DNA of 64,000 nucleotides from Limnochordia bacterium (lineage in GTDB: Bacteria; Bacillota; Limnochordia; DTU080). Within the stretch, counting starts at the first letter, position 1; each line of letters opens with the position of its first letter. The DNA lies in the NCBI GenBank assembly GCA_050951545.1, contig JBMNJG010000003.1:231881-295880 (forward strand). Direction: 5' to 3'. This document shows, in pieces, positions 21,096 through 31,098 of the stretch. A program made the translations under genes and the position numbers. The notes beneath the pieces were generated by a model, which saw only the letters and a list, made by a program, of their open reading frames with translations, had not been told where the DNA came from and made no database searches.

Positions 21096-22399
21096 GGTCT
21101 GCGAGTACCTGGTACTGGCACCTGCACAGGAGGCTGAACGTTCGTTTGCCTCTTCTGCTCAGATGCTGATGGTACAGATGAGGCGGGCTGAGTAATAAGT
21201 GCCGATGCCCGAACTGACACACTGGGGAGGTCATGGAGCGTCATAGCCACCACATCGGCCATCAGAGCTGCACTGCGTAAGGCAAACTGCTCGTCATCTA
21301 TGTAGTTGCCAATCTCCAAAAGGACCATGTGCGGATGTAGGTGCTGATTGTACCGATTGCTACCAACGACAGGATAGGATCGTAGCAGCCCAGGGTATAG
21401 CTCATTCATGCTCTTTTTCATCACGTTGGCGACGTGGATATTCTCCGACCAACGCGGGTGTAGCCGTTCGGAATAGCTCACTGGTTTGGTGACAACAACC
21501 ATGACCTGGGCCATCTTCTGTGCACCAATATCGCGCACAAACGACACGTTTTGTGCCCCGTCACGGTGCACATCAAGCACGAGGCGAATACTGGGGTACT
21601 TCTGCAGAAGCTGCTGCACAGTGACAGCGGCCCGCTGATACGACTGGGTGTAGCTGGGAAAGTCGTGGATCGCCTTAGAGTGGAGTACCGGAATGCCGTA
21701 GCGTTCGCTAAGAGTACGCGCCAAGGCCTCGCCGACCCGCACCACTCCCGTGTCCGCAGTATTGAAGCGATGGTACTGCTGGGGAGACGATGACACAACC
21801 TCACTAGATGCATAGATCTCTGAGGTATGCGTATGGAAAATCAGCACCAAGGGCTCCCGCCCCCACTCCCTGTTCTGCAGCTTCGCCAATGTCGTGGTCG
21901 AGGCGTGGATCACACGAGACGATGGCAGCTCGTGGTCAGCAACAGGTTCAGGTTCTTGCTTCTCTCCAGCGAACTCCGTTGGCCTCTCCGGTGCCGGCAC
22001 GTAGAGACCATAGGGCATGGCCGCCAAGACAAGCGTCTGGGGTTGCGACATGTCGTAACCGAGAACTACGTACAACCATGAGCGCAGTACGTGACGCCAA
22101 CCAAAGCGCGGTGGAGGATCCGGCCCCACCTCAGCCATGGCTGGCAACGTCTGCTGCAGGATAGCCTTGCCTCGCACTGCATCCATGCCTAGCCAACCGT
22201 CCACCGCTGGTGCCATACGCGCTCCTTCGCGGGCGATCTGCCCCACTAGCACACCGAGCCAGGAACTGGTGACTGGCGTAAGCACTAGCAATAAAGGTAC
22301 CATTACCAGCAGCCATCGAATCGCGAAGCCGCCACGTGGCCCGCTCATGTGCCTGCGCAGCAGCCTCATGAAGCGCATCCGAAAAGCTGCGGTCAGCAT
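21092..22399 (-). CDS. spoIIP: Stage II sporulation protein P (engulfment autolysin)
   Basis: VLIFHTHTSEIY, GVVRVGEAL, VLDVHRDG, RYNQHLHP..LLEIG; canonical position near gpr/lepA; start uncertain. Confidence 0.92.
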   Translation of the reverse strand: MLTAAFRMRFMRLLRRHMSGPRGGFAIRWLLVMVPLLLVLTPVTSSWLGVLVGQIAREGARMAPAVDGWLGMDAVRGKAILQQTLPAMAEVGPDPPPRFGWRHVLRSWLYVVLGYDMSQPQTLVLAAMPYGLYVPAPERPTEFAGEKQEPEPVADHELPSSRVIHASTTTLAKLQNREWGREPLVLIFHTHTSEIYASSEVVSSSPQQYHRFNTADTGVVRVGEALARTLSERYGIPVLHSKAIHDFPSYTQSYQRAAVTVQQLLQKYPSIRLVLDVHRDGAQNVSFVRDIGAQKMAQVMVVVTKPVSYSERLHPRWSENIHVANVMKKSMNELYPGLLRSYPVVGSNRYNQHLHPHMVLLEIGNYIDDEQFALRSAALMADVVAMTLHDLPSVSVRASALITQPASSVPSASEQKRQTNVQPPVQVPVPGTRRP

Positions 22400-22435
22400 G
22401 TTATCACCTGCCCTGACATACAGAAAGCCGCTTAA

Positions 22436-22507
22436 AGCATATGGGAAGCGCTAGCTCTGTATGTGTAACACCGGATTAGTCTAAATGTCAGGGATCGGCC
22501 ATAGGCT
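22436..22507. promoter_or_regulatory. Divergent SigE-like promoter candidates for spoIIP (-) and the L,D-transpeptidase (+)
   Basis: Minus: ATA-N16-CATATGCT (22462-22436). Plus: GTCTAAAT-N13-CATAGGCT (22479-22507). Both resemble the B. subtilis SigE consensus. Confidence 0.45.
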
Positions 22508-22534
22508 TGTTTTGACGTGGAGGTGATCGACACA

Positions 22535-23461
22535 GTGTATCATCGTCTTTGGTCACTGACCCTCACTGTCATGGTGCTTTTCGGAGTCTTTATCTGGTGG
22601 CAACCTATGCACGCCTGGACAGGCACCTGCGGCCTCGAGCCTGGCCCCTTATACCCCGGTCCCCAGGCCAATGCAGGGGAGGTTGCAGAGCTTCAGCAAC
22701 GACTCCAGAGTCTGGGGTACTTCACAGGAAGCATTGATGGAACGTTCGGTCCTACTTTGGAACTCGCTGTGCGCAGATTCCAGAGTGATCAGGGACTAAC
22801 AGCCAACGGCGCGGTGGGCGATGCCACCTGGCTGGCCCTAGCGAGCGGCTCCATACCCGTGAGTAAGAGTTCTCTACCAAAGCCAGAGGGTTCAATGCAC
22901 TTGGTGATCGATACCCGCAGCCTGCGACTAACCCTCTTCGTCGATGGCAAGCCCTACAAGAGCTATCCCATCGCAGTTGGCCGACAGAAGAAATGGGATT
23001 GGAGCCCTGTCGGCGAATGGAGAATCGTCAACAAGGGTGTCAACTGGGGCAGCGGATTTGGTACTCGTTGGATGGGACTGAATGTGCCGTGGGGTGTCTA
23101 CGGCATCCATGGTACCAACAAGCCCTACAGCATCGGCACGAGAGCTAGCGGCGGCTGCATCCGTATGTATAACCATCATGTGGAAGAGCTGTACAGCTGG
23201 ATCCCCCTCGGAACCACAGTCATCATCAGTGGCGACACGCCGCCGATCGCCTTTGGGCGAACACTAACGGTGGGCAGTAGCGGGAAAGACGTCGTCGCGG
23301 TGCAAAGCCGTCTGCAAGAATTCGGTTTCGCCGTTGGCGGAGCGGATGGCCGTTGGGGACCAGCTTCTGAAGCGGCTGCACGCAGTCTCCAAGAGCTCTA
23401 CGGTTTGCCCTCCGACGGCAAAGTGTACACCGACATATACTATATCTTGGGCCTGAAGTGA
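22535..23461 (+). CDS. L,D-transpeptidase (YkuD family) flanked by two peptidoglycan-binding domains
   Basis: PG_binding_1 repeats (LQQRLQSLGY..IDGTFGP..AVRRFQ; VQSRLQEFGF..ADGRWG); catalytic YGIHGT...SGGCIRM; GTG after GGAGGTGA. Confidence 0.9.
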   Translation: MYHRLWSLTLTVMVLFGVFIWWQPMHAWTGTCGLEPGPLYPGPQANAGEVAELQQRLQSLGYFTGSIDGTFGPTLELAVRRFQSDQGLTANGAVGDATWLALASGSIPVSKSSLPKPEGSMHLVIDTRSLRLTLFVDGKPYKSYPIAVGRQKKWDWSPVGEWRIVNKGVNWGSGFGTRWMGLNVPWGVYGIHGTNKPYSIGTRASGGCIRMYNHHVEELYSWIPLGTTVIISGDTPPIAFGRTLTVGSSGKDVVAVQSRLQEFGFAVGGADGRWGPASEAAARSLQELYGLPSDGKVYTDIYYILGLK

Positions 23462-23483
23462 TGATATCTGGGGGCGAACCAGT

Positions 23484-24905
23484 ATGGCACGCAGACGCTT
23501 TCCTGCTCTGCTCATTGCTTCATTGATCCTTCTGAGCGTGCTCATGGTGCTATGGCAGCCCTGGCTACCTAGACTGAAGGTGGGGTCAGTGCGCATTAAC
23601 CCAAAGGTGTCGATAAATGCCAAGAAAGAGTACCGCATCGTGGTCTGGGATTACGAGTTACCGTTGCCGTGGAGCAAAGCCACCTACGAGGAGACTCTAA
23701 CTCAACGAGCGGAGGCTTTTCGCCAACAGCATCCCAACATCATCGTCCACGTAGTGCTGCGTCCCTGGAATGAGGGTGACGGAGCGCTTCGTGACGCAGT
23801 AGAGCAAGGCGAAGCCCCCGACGTTGTGAGCATGCCCGGTGGGGTACGTCTGCTATCGAGTGACTTCCAGGTGCCTCTAGAACACTACTTAGGCATCGAT
23901 CAGAGAGACGATCTCTTACCTGCAGCTCGACAAGGAGCGACCCACAAGCATTTGTGGGCCTTCCCCAGCCTGATAAGCCCCGCCAGGTGGGTCATCCGCC
24001 TGAATGACACTCTGCCCAACCCACTGACGGCTCTAACTTGGGCCCAGTGGACGGAAGCGTTAGCGGAGAACCGAACGAAGACAGGCGGAGGCGGACTCGC
24101 CGCGAACGTGCTCGATCCGGCCTTCTTCTACGAACTCATGATTTCGGCGACAGGACAGAACCTGCTGGGGCCCGACGGAACCGTTCAATGGACAGAGGAG
24201 AGTGTTCAGGACGCAGCAGAACAGCTGCGCACCTGGGTCGAAAAGGGCCTCATGCCAGCCGACGTGGAGACCGCTGCCCGCACGCGCTTGGCACGATTCT
24301 GGGACGGCAAGGCACTGGGTATTGCACCAGCAAACCCCTGGCTCCTGCATCACATTCTGGAACGAGTGGGCATGCTGGACTCCCCTCAAGGCAGTGACCC
24401 GGCCTCTACTGCCAGCACAGTCGCCTCGTCTCGGCCTCTCGAGAAGGTTCAGCCAAGTGTCAGTTGGATCCCTCCGCCACAGATGGCTGAGCGACTCTGG
24501 GTCGCAGCCACTCTCAGCGGTTACGCCGTCTTTCGCCAGGGCAAGTACAAAGGAGACGACCACACCAGGGCGGCCAGCCTCGTGGCGGCATATCTGAGTC
24601 GTGAGATGGGCTCTTGGACCGCGGCACGCACTTTCTCTGTGCCAGCTCACCAGTCATCGCTGGAGAGCTGGTTGGCCAGCTCGCTTCTCCCAGAGGCAGA
24701 CATGCGTCTATTGCTGCAATGGTGCGCAAGCGCCGTCACCCCCCCAGTTGACGACCAGTTGGCCCGTCTAGTGACACGCGTGATGACAGAGAGCGTGGTA
24801 CCTAATCTGGTGGCAGTGCTCAAAGGAGAGATGTCGGCCTCCCATTTTGCGCGAGAGCTTCAGACCACCCCGATCGCCGCCATTGCCGAGATCGCTGTGC
24901 CTTAG
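23484..24905 (+). CDS. Membrane-anchored extracellular solute-binding protein (sugar-SBP-like, orphan)
   Basis: N-terminal TM; AFRQQHPNIIV, GEAPDVV and FWDGK patterns of SBP_bac_1; no permease adjacent. Confidence 0.65.
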   Translation: MARRRFPALLIASLILLSVLMVLWQPWLPRLKVGSVRINPKVSINAKKEYRIVVWDYELPLPWSKATYEETLTQRAEAFRQQHPNIIVHVVLRPWNEGDGALRDAVEQGEAPDVVSMPGGVRLLSSDFQVPLEHYLGIDQRDDLLPAARQGATHKHLWAFPSLISPARWVIRLNDTLPNPLTALTWAQWTEALAENRTKTGGGGLAANVLDPAFFYELMISATGQNLLGPDGTVQWTEESVQDAAEQLRTWVEKGLMPADVETAARTRLARFWDGKALGIAPANPWLLHHILERVGMLDSPQGSDPASTASTVASSRPLEKVQPSVSWIPPPQMAERLWVAATLSGYAVFRQGKYKGDDHTRAASLVAAYLSREMGSWTAARTFSVPAHQSSLESWLASSLLPEADMRLLLQWCASAVTPPVDDQLARLVTRVMTESVVPNLVAVLKGEMSASHFARELQTTPIAAIAEIAVP

Positions 24906-24907
24906 GC

Positions 24908-26041
24908 CTAGCTCGTACGGCTCAGGTAGTTGAGGATCTCTGTCAGATCAATGCTTGGATGCAGAGCTGCATTGAGGGCCCCGGCAACAACCGTTGAGAT
25001 GTCGTCAATGTAGGCGTCAATGTCTTTGGGGGTCACGATCATGCTCCCCATGTAAGGCTGCAACAGCTGGGCCATCATGTAGCGCTTCTGTTGCGGATCA
25101 ACTGGCAGGCCAAAAGCGTCGTGGCGCGGACCTTCTGACTCGACCACGGGGCGGTCTGCATCCATCACTCTGATGCGGCTTGGATCAAGACGTCCAGGAG
25201 CTGGCGGCAGGGGTGCATCCAGCCCTACCGGGGGCCGGAATCCCATCTCCTGGGCCAGCAGCTCCATGGCGTCCCCGGCTATCGTCACCGCATGAACCAC
25301 CGTAGGCACGCCAATCGCGAGAACAGGAATGCCTAGAACCTCTTGCGTAATGGCCATTCGCTTGTTGCCCACACCTGAACCCGGATGTATCCCCGAATCG
25401 GCCAGTTGGATCGTACTGCATACCCGCTGGGACGAGCGTGAGGCCAGAGCATCGATGCAGATAACCAGATGAGGCTTGATCCTGTCCACTACGCCCATCA
25501 CGATCTCACCAGTCTCAATGCCCGTAAGCCCCAAAACGCCGGGGGCCATGGCCGATAGCGGTCGCAGCCCACCCCTGAGCTCCGGAGGAGACATCTCGTA
25601 CAAGTGACGAGTGACGAGCACCTGCCCCACGACTTTGGGTCCCACTGAGTCAGGGGTGGCATTCCAGTTGCCAAGCCCTACCACGAGTACGCCAGCGTCC
25701 TGTGCCAGGCCCATATGCTCAAGAAAGCTCGAGATCTCACGTGCTACTGTCTGTGCGACCTCCTCCTGTGCCTCTTTGTCACGCAAGCGGAATACCTCTG
25801 ATTCCACAGTGACGTAGTTGCCCCTTACCTTGCCCATCATCCGAGCGCCTTCGTCTGTGGCAATGACGACCCGACTGATCTTTGCATGTTCGGTCTCTTC
25901 ATTCTCGACGCGCACCCCAGGTATCTCTGGTGGGCCTTCACGATCCACAATGACTTGGTGTGCTTCAAGAGCCAGATCTGTGCGGACTCCATAGCGTTCC
26001 TGAAAATCAGCATCAGCTGGTTTTACCGACTCGGTTCGCAA
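24908..26041 (-). CDS. gpr: Spore germination protease GPR
   Basis: RTDLALEA, VVGLGNWNATPDSVGP, PGVLGLTGIET, CIDALASR, GIHPGSGVGNKR, MIVTPKDID; TTG after GGAGGT. Confidence 0.97.
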   Translation of the reverse strand: MRTESVKPADADFQERYGVRTDLALEAHQVIVDREGPPEIPGVRVENEETEHAKISRVVIATDEGARMMGKVRGNYVTVESEVFRLRDKEAQEEVAQTVAREISSFLEHMGLAQDAGVLVVGLGNWNATPDSVGPKVVGQVLVTRHLYEMSPPELRGGLRPLSAMAPGVLGLTGIETGEIVMGVVDRIKPHLVICIDALASRSSQRVCSTIQLADSGIHPGSGVGNKRMAITQEVLGIPVLAIGVPTVVHAVTIAGDAMELLAQEMGFRPPVGLDAPLPPAPGRLDPSRIRVMDADRPVVESEGPRHDAFGLPVDPQQKRYMMAQLLQPYMGSMIVTPKDIDAYIDDISTVVAGALNAALHPSIDLTEILNYLSRTS

Positions 26042-26075
26042 GTGACGCACCTCCGCATGGCTGACTGCCTGCATA

Positions 26076-26297
26076 TTAGGACGTGCAGGAGAGGACGGCT
26101 TGTACGAGGTCGTCCAGCAAGTGCGGGTCAACCAGCCAGTACCCAGCATCGTCCGTGAGGACAACAAATCCAACTGGCCGCACCGTGCCCACACACAGGC
26201 GATTCGTCAAACCACACCAGATCTCTAACACTGGCAAGAGACGCAACCCGCACACGCGTGAACTGGCGACCACAACGTACTCGCGATGCAGGAGCAC
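26076..26297 (-). CDS. Small hypothetical protein, weakly GerW/YtfJ-like
   Basis: GTG after GGGAGGGGA; RLLPVLEI...GTVRPVGFVVLTDD resembles the GerW IIPVSKV...PVAFLVV pattern; lies between a SigF-like promoter and gpr. Confidence 0.5.
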   Translation of the reverse strand: MLLHREYVVVASSRVCGLRLLPVLEIWCGLTNRLCVGTVRPVGFVVLTDDAGYWLVDPHLLDDLVQAVLSCTS

Positions 26298-26321
26298 ACT
26301 TCTCCCCTCCCACAACGCAGT

Positions 26322-26351
26322 TAATCTTTACCTTCGCATGGCGAAATATGC
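26322..26351 (-). promoter_or_regulatory. SigF/SigG-type forespore promoter upstream of the gpr unit
   Basis: GCATA-N15-GTAAAGATTA versus consensus GYATA-N15-GGnnAnAHTR (1 mismatch); gpr is SigF/SigG-controlled in B. subtilis. Confidence 0.65.
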
Positions 26352-26386
26352 AACTGGTCTGGAGATAGGAAGGGGCACTGGAGCGC

Positions 26387-27205
26387 TCAGGCGTCGTTAG
26401 GACGCAAACAGGGCAGAATGTCTCCATCTTCTATGCCCAGCACACGCACACACTCACTGAGGGCCAGCACGCTATCGAGTCTTTCCAAGGAGTGAGCATC
26501 GCTGCCAAAATGGAAGTAACACCCGGCCTGCTTGGCTAATGAGAAGACACGCATGTAGGTTTCATCATGCAAGCCAGGCTTTTCCCTGCCCAAGGCCTGC
26601 GGAAAGAACCCAGGTTGGATCTCGATACTCACACCAGCTTCGGCAGCGCGACCGAAGCAGTCCGCAAACTCGCTATCGGAGATCTCGGCGATGATCTCGT
26701 CCGTATTCTCAGAGAAACCTAAAGGGAGAAATGGGTGCGCTATTCCCGTCGCGATCCCTAGTTCCACGACCTCTATGAAACGCCTTACCAGTAGCCTAGC
26801 AACATCACTGGGCTGACTGACAGTTTCAGGTCGGACAAAACCCGCCATATGGAAATGAGACATCGGCAGTAACACGAAATCAAGCTGTTCCGCAGCCTCC
26901 CGGGATATGCCCACCTTGCCATTCCCGCAATACTCGGACTCGCAACCGATCAACACCCTGACGCCTTGGGGCTCATCCGGAAGCATTGCCCTGATCTGCA
27001 GGAGATGGCTCATGTCCTGCGGAGCATACCACTTAGAAGCCCCTGGAATGGCACTGTGCCATAGGTGATCTGCAAAGCCAATAGTCTTCAGACCAAGTTC
27101 AGCAGCCCGGCGAATGTACTCCCGAGGCGTAGCCTGCGGGTCATGCGAGCACGACGAGAGAACGGTGTGAACGTGAATGTCATGACTGATGATCACGAAA
27201 GCCAC
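26387..27205 (-). CDS. PHP-domain metal-dependent hydrolase
   Basis: HDIHVHT, IGFADH, IGCESE, IAHP, FGSDAHS. Confidence 0.88.
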   Translation of the reverse strand: MAFVIISHDIHVHTVLSSCSHDPQATPREYIRRAAELGLKTIGFADHLWHSAIPGASKWYAPQDMSHLLQIRAMLPDEPQGVRVLIGCESEYCGNGKVGISREAAEQLDFVLLPMSHFHMAGFVRPETVSQPSDVARLLVRRFIEVVELGIATGIAHPFLPLGFSENTDEIIAEISDSEFADCFGRAAEAGVSIEIQPGFFPQALGREKPGLHDETYMRVFSLAKQAGCYFHFGSDAHSLERLDSVLALSECVRVLGIEDGDILPCLRPNDA

Positions 27206-27264
27206 CTACTTTCTGGCGGAGCAATACCTGCTTGTGTCGCACGCACGTCATCGTGGAACACACG

Positions 27265-27293
27265 TTGCATTCATCAAGCACCCATGCTACACT
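27265..27293 (+). promoter_or_regulatory. SigA promoter of rpsT
   Basis: TTGCAT-N17-TACACT with extended TG. Confidence 0.65.
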
Positions 27294-27337
27294 AGTAGCA
27301 GTTTTTCCTACCGAACTCGGTGATCGGAGGTGAAAGA

Positions 27338-27598
27338 GTGCCACACATTCCCATTATCGTGTCTTCCAGAAAGCGCGCACGCCAAGCTGTGAAGCGTGAG
27401 GCTCGCAATAAGTCGGTTCGCTCTGCGGTACGCACATATGTAGGAAGCTTTGAAGAGGCGGAGGGTCCGCAGAAGGAAGTTGCCTATCGCCAGGCAGCCA
27501 GCGCGTTGGATCGAGCCGCGAAAAGCGGTGTCATACACCCCAACCAAGCGGCCCGAAAGAAGTCACGGCTAGCTAAGCGTCTACACCAGAGCGCCTAG
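27338..27598 (+). CDS. rpsT: 30S ribosomal protein S20
   Basis: SSRKRARQ...RNKSVRSAVRT...LDRAAKSGVIHPNQAARKKSRL; GTG after GGAGGTGA. Confidence 0.95.
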   Translation: MPHIPIIVSSRKRARQAVKREARNKSVRSAVRTYVGSFEEAEGPQKEVAYRQAASALDRAAKSGVIHPNQAARKKSRLAKRLHQSA

Positions 27599-27632
27599 GC
27601 TCACCATCCTGCTCGCCTTTCGTTTTGGGGCT

Positions 27633-28658
27633 CTACCCCAACCGCCCGTCGCCAACGTCGGGCGTTTTTCTTTCGCTCAAGCCAACCACCAGCATCTGAA
27701 GAGCCCCAACAGCATCAACACTGGACTTGATCGCTATGTCAGTGGCCAAAATCGCCTCCAGGGACATTTCAATCTGTTCAGTACTCAGACTGCGAGCCTG
27801 CCCAAAGAGCTTCTGCATCGGATACTGTTTCATGCCCGCCTCGCGAGCCGCCACGGTCACCCCCTCTGATGCCCGCGACTTGGCCAGCAGCAACAGACGA
27901 TACTGACGAGCAATCATGGCCAACACCCTTAGCGGAGGCTCTCCCGCCTCTAAGAGTTCCGTAAGATAGGCCAGGGCCGGACCCGTCTGGCCCTCAGCGA
28001 CGGCCTCTGTCAGGCGGAAGATCGTATACTGCCCTGTTTCCGCTTCGCCGCGCGCCGCAAGACGCGTAACCAACTCCTCGTCGACTTTGCCTCTTCCCCC
28101 CAAGAAGGTCGCCATCTTGGTGATCTCCTGATCTAAGAAACCAGTATCGCTGCCCGCAATGTCTACCAAACGTCTGGCCGCACTGTGCGTCATGGTCACT
28201 TCCTGATCACGTGCCCGGCTCTGGACCCACGACACGATATTACCAGAACCCGGCTCCGCCACTTCCACAACGGTGGCCTGCCGCAAGAGTTCCTGGGCGA
28301 CCTTCGTCCTCCTGTCAAGCGCATTCGCCACGATTACCAGCACATTGCCCTGATCAGACTGGAGTTCTTGCACCAGATGCGCCTGCTCCGGCGGTGGCAT
28401 CTCACTGAAGTCACGCAGCACAACCAAGCGCATCTCCCCCAAGAAAGGCGCGGTCCTTACGGCAGCCACCACAGACTGTGCTGTCGCATTGGCACCAGTG
28501 AGCTCCTGCGTATTCCACGTTTTCAGCTCTCCCGGGCAGACGTGGTCGGTGAGAAGCGTGAGCGCTTGCTGCCTAGCCACCACGTCAGTCCCCACCACCA
28601 GGTACAAAGGGGAGATCTCATTGTTCTTTAAACGCTTTTTCAACTCGCCCACGAGCAA
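27633..28658 (-). CDS. holA: DNA polymerase III delta subunit
   Basis: PLYLVVG, TAPFLGEMRLVV, IFRLTEAV, EPPLRVLAMIARQYRLL, TDIAIKS; lies between comEC and rpsT. Confidence 0.9.
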   Translation of the reverse strand: MLVGELKKRLKNNEISPLYLVVGTDVVARQQALTLLTDHVCPGELKTWNTQELTGANATAQSVVAAVRTAPFLGEMRLVVLRDFSEMPPPEQAHLVQELQSDQGNVLVIVANALDRRTKVAQELLRQATVVEVAEPGSGNIVSWVQSRARDQEVTMTHSAARRLVDIAGSDTGFLDQEITKMATFLGGRGKVDEELVTRLAARGEAETGQYTIFRLTEAVAEGQTGPALAYLTELLEAGEPPLRVLAMIARQYRLLLLAKSRASEGVTVAAREAGMKQYPMQKLFGQARSLSTEQIEMSLEAILATDIAIKSSVDAVGALQMLVVGLSERKTPDVGDGRLG

Positions 28659-28683
28659 GAGCCTGACCCCCACACGCATCAAA

Positions 28684-31098
28684 CTACTGCTTACCGCTTG
28701 CCCGACAAGTCGTGCCGTGTCTGCTGTTGACCCACCACTTCCGACCATCCGTTACGAATTGCACCGCTCCATCCAAGTCTGTACGACACACAACCCCCAT
28801 CCCCTGCAAGTGATCGACCACCTCGGGCGCAGGATGTCCATACGTGTTGGGCCCCACGGAAATCACGGAGACCTGAGGGTTCACGGCGGTGGCGAAGGTC
28901 TGTAGGAAGCTGGAACGAGCGCCTTGGTGCGACACCTTCCACAAGACCGCGTCCATTGAAGCCGTCGTCTCAAGCAATGCCTGCTGTACCCCCACTGGAG
29001 CATCTGCCATGAGCAAGACCGCTACCCGCCCGAAAACCACTCGCAAGACGATGGAATGGGCATTGACATCATGATGCACCGCCATGTCTGCAGGCGGCCA
29101 CAGCACCTGCACCTCGACCTTTCCAAGATGCAGTGTGTCACCTGCTCGAGCCAACCGTACGGGCACCTCCTTCTCTATCAGCTGCTGGCGGTAACTATCA
29201 TAGGTCAAACTCTCGACCTCCCTCCCGGTTTCCCACATCCACAAGACCCGACGAGCACCTAAGACTCCGGCCATACCCCCCAGATGATCCGCATGGGGGT
29301 GCGTGTTAACCGCCACGGCCAACTCGCGCACCCCAAGCCTCTGCAGCTGAGGTATCAGCACCCTAGAGCCGTCCCAAGTGCGCGTGCGCCCTCCTGCATC
29401 CACAAGCACTGCTCGTCCCCCCGGTGTCTGCAGCAACAGCGCATCGCCCTGACCCACATCAAAGAAGGTTATGCTCATGCGCCCTGTCGGAGGCCACAGT
29501 TGTCGCCCCACAACTAACAGCTGTATGCACGCGGCGAGCAGGCCCCATCTGACAGCCTGGCGCAAGGCCAAGAGACGACAAGGCCTGGGCATACGACACG
29601 CCTGAACAAAACAAGACAAGCAGACCATCGCCGAGACCCAGGCAAGCGCGGTGCCCCAGCTTGGGGTCGCTAACTCTACAGCTGCCCAAGGCAGAGTTCC
29701 CATATGAGCACCCAGCCACAAGAGACCGCTAGCAGCCTTGCCCGCGATCCACAGCAGAGGATACCCGGGAAGTCGTAGAAACCCGCGCCATGCCTCCAAG
29801 AGGCAGCCGCTCAGACCACTCACCAACGCCACTGTTGCCAAGGGCACTCCTAACAGATTAGTGACAGGTGCCAAAATGGGTAGCGAATGGAAATAACGAG
29901 CAGACGCCAGCACCGTTCCCAGCTGAGCGCCCACACTCAGCACCAAACCATTCCACAGTTGACGCCAATGTCTCTGCCATATGCTAGCCAGTTTGGGCGC
30001 GGGCAGCATAGCAGGACGTGCCAAGAGCAGAATACCAGCTACACTTGAGAACGACAGCACGAAACCAGGATCGCCCAACAGGGCAGGATTCACTGTGAGC
30101 AGGTAGAGCCAGGCGATCGAAACAGCTGCCCAAGGGTCGACATGTCCACGGTACCGACGCCCAACTAGGGTCAGCGCCGCTGCCACTAGGGCTCGAGTAG
30201 AAGAGGCTTTGGCCCCACTCAGCAAGACAAAGAGGGTTGCGGCCAACAGCGGCACCCATCCCCAGCAACCAGTCGCCCCTCCGACAAGCAGGCACACTGT
30301 GCCGATAACCAAGCTCACGTGTAACCCGGAGACCGATGTGATATGTGCCAGGCCTGCTCGCTGCAGCTGTTCACGCACATCGAGAGACAAGAACGAGGAA
30401 TCCCCCAAGACTATCGCACCCACCAGATGGCCAGCCTCACCTGAGATCGCCCTGCTGATCATCTGCCGCCAAAGCTCACGTGTACGGCTGAAGCGAGCCC
30501 CAAGAGGAGGGCGTGACGGAGTCGCTCCGACGCATGTGCCGATCGCATCGAGACGCAGATCACCGACCACATTCCTGCGTAGGGCATGAAGCAAGGGATC
30601 GAACTCGCCAGGATTGCCAGCTCTCTTTGGCGGCGCCAGACGTCCGGAAACAGAGATACAGCGACCCGCATGGGTGGGCCGGAGATGGTGCGCTGGATCC
30701 AGCGCACCACGCGCCAACTGGAGTACTGGCGGACGACGCTTGCTTCCCACCTGCCACTGATCTCCGGTCGCGGCCACCAGCCATCTGCCGCCTGCTGCCA
30801 GCCACGCCGTGGTCTCCATCGCCTCCAAGCGACGTATACTGGCCAACTGATCGGCCCATACCGCCCACCACGCCCATTGGCCCGATGCCGCCAGGCCTCC
30901 AAGGCACACCAGAGCACCACACAAGAGACTCCAGCGGTACCATGGCCGGGAGGGTACTGCCCAAGCCAGACCAAAGCAAGCTACCAACGCTAGACACCAC
31001 GGCCACAAGAGCAAGCAGTTCAGTTGCCAGGCTGCAGCGATCCCTATGGCGAACGCCAGCGCCCCTGTGAACAGCACACGTGAAGACGGGTACCTCAT
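28684..31098 (-). CDS. comEC: DNA uptake channel ComEC/Rec2
   Basis: NPGEFD, GLAHITSVSGLHV, GFVLSF, FDVGQGDA, THPHADHLGG, KVSHQG, YGHP. Confidence 0.96.
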   Translation of the reverse strand: MRYPSSRVLFTGALAFAIGIAAAWQLNCLLLWPWCLALVACFGLAWAVPSRPWYRWSLLCGALVCLGGLAASGQWAWWAVWADQLASIRRLEAMETTAWLAAGGRWLVAATGDQWQVGSKRRPPVLQLARGALDPAHHLRPTHAGRCISVSGRLAPPKRAGNPGEFDPLLHALRRNVVGDLRLDAIGTCVGATPSRPPLGARFSRTRELWRQMISRAISGEAGHLVGAIVLGDSSFLSLDVREQLQRAGLAHITSVSGLHVSLVIGTVCLLVGGATGCWGWVPLLAATLFVLLSGAKASSTRALVAAALTLVGRRYRGHVDPWAAVSIAWLYLLTVNPALLGDPGFVLSFSSVAGILLLARPAMLPAPKLASIWQRHWRQLWNGLVLSVGAQLGTVLASARYFHSLPILAPVTNLLGVPLATVALVSGLSGCLLEAWRGFLRLPGYPLLWIAGKAASGLLWLGAHMGTLPWAAVELATPSWGTALAWVSAMVCLSCFVQACRMPRPCRLLALRQAVRWGLLAACIQLLVVGRQLWPPTGRMSITFFDVGQGDALLLQTPGGRAVLVDAGGRTRTWDGSRVLIPQLQRLGVRELAVAVNTHPHADHLGGMAGVLGARRVLWMWETGREVESLTYDSYRQQLIEKEVPVRLARAGDTLHLGKVEVQVLWPPADMAVHHDVNAHSIVLRVVFGRVAVLLMADAPVGVQQALLETTASMDAVLWKVSHQGARSSFLQTFATAVNPQVSVISVGPNTYGHPAPEVVDHLQGMGVVCRTDLDGAVQFVTDGRKWWVNSRHGTTCRASGKQ

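Noticed and set aside
27338-27370. Atypical S20 N-terminus (MPHIPIIVSSRKR)
   Set aside because: A small extension within plausible variation; the rest of the protein is canonical
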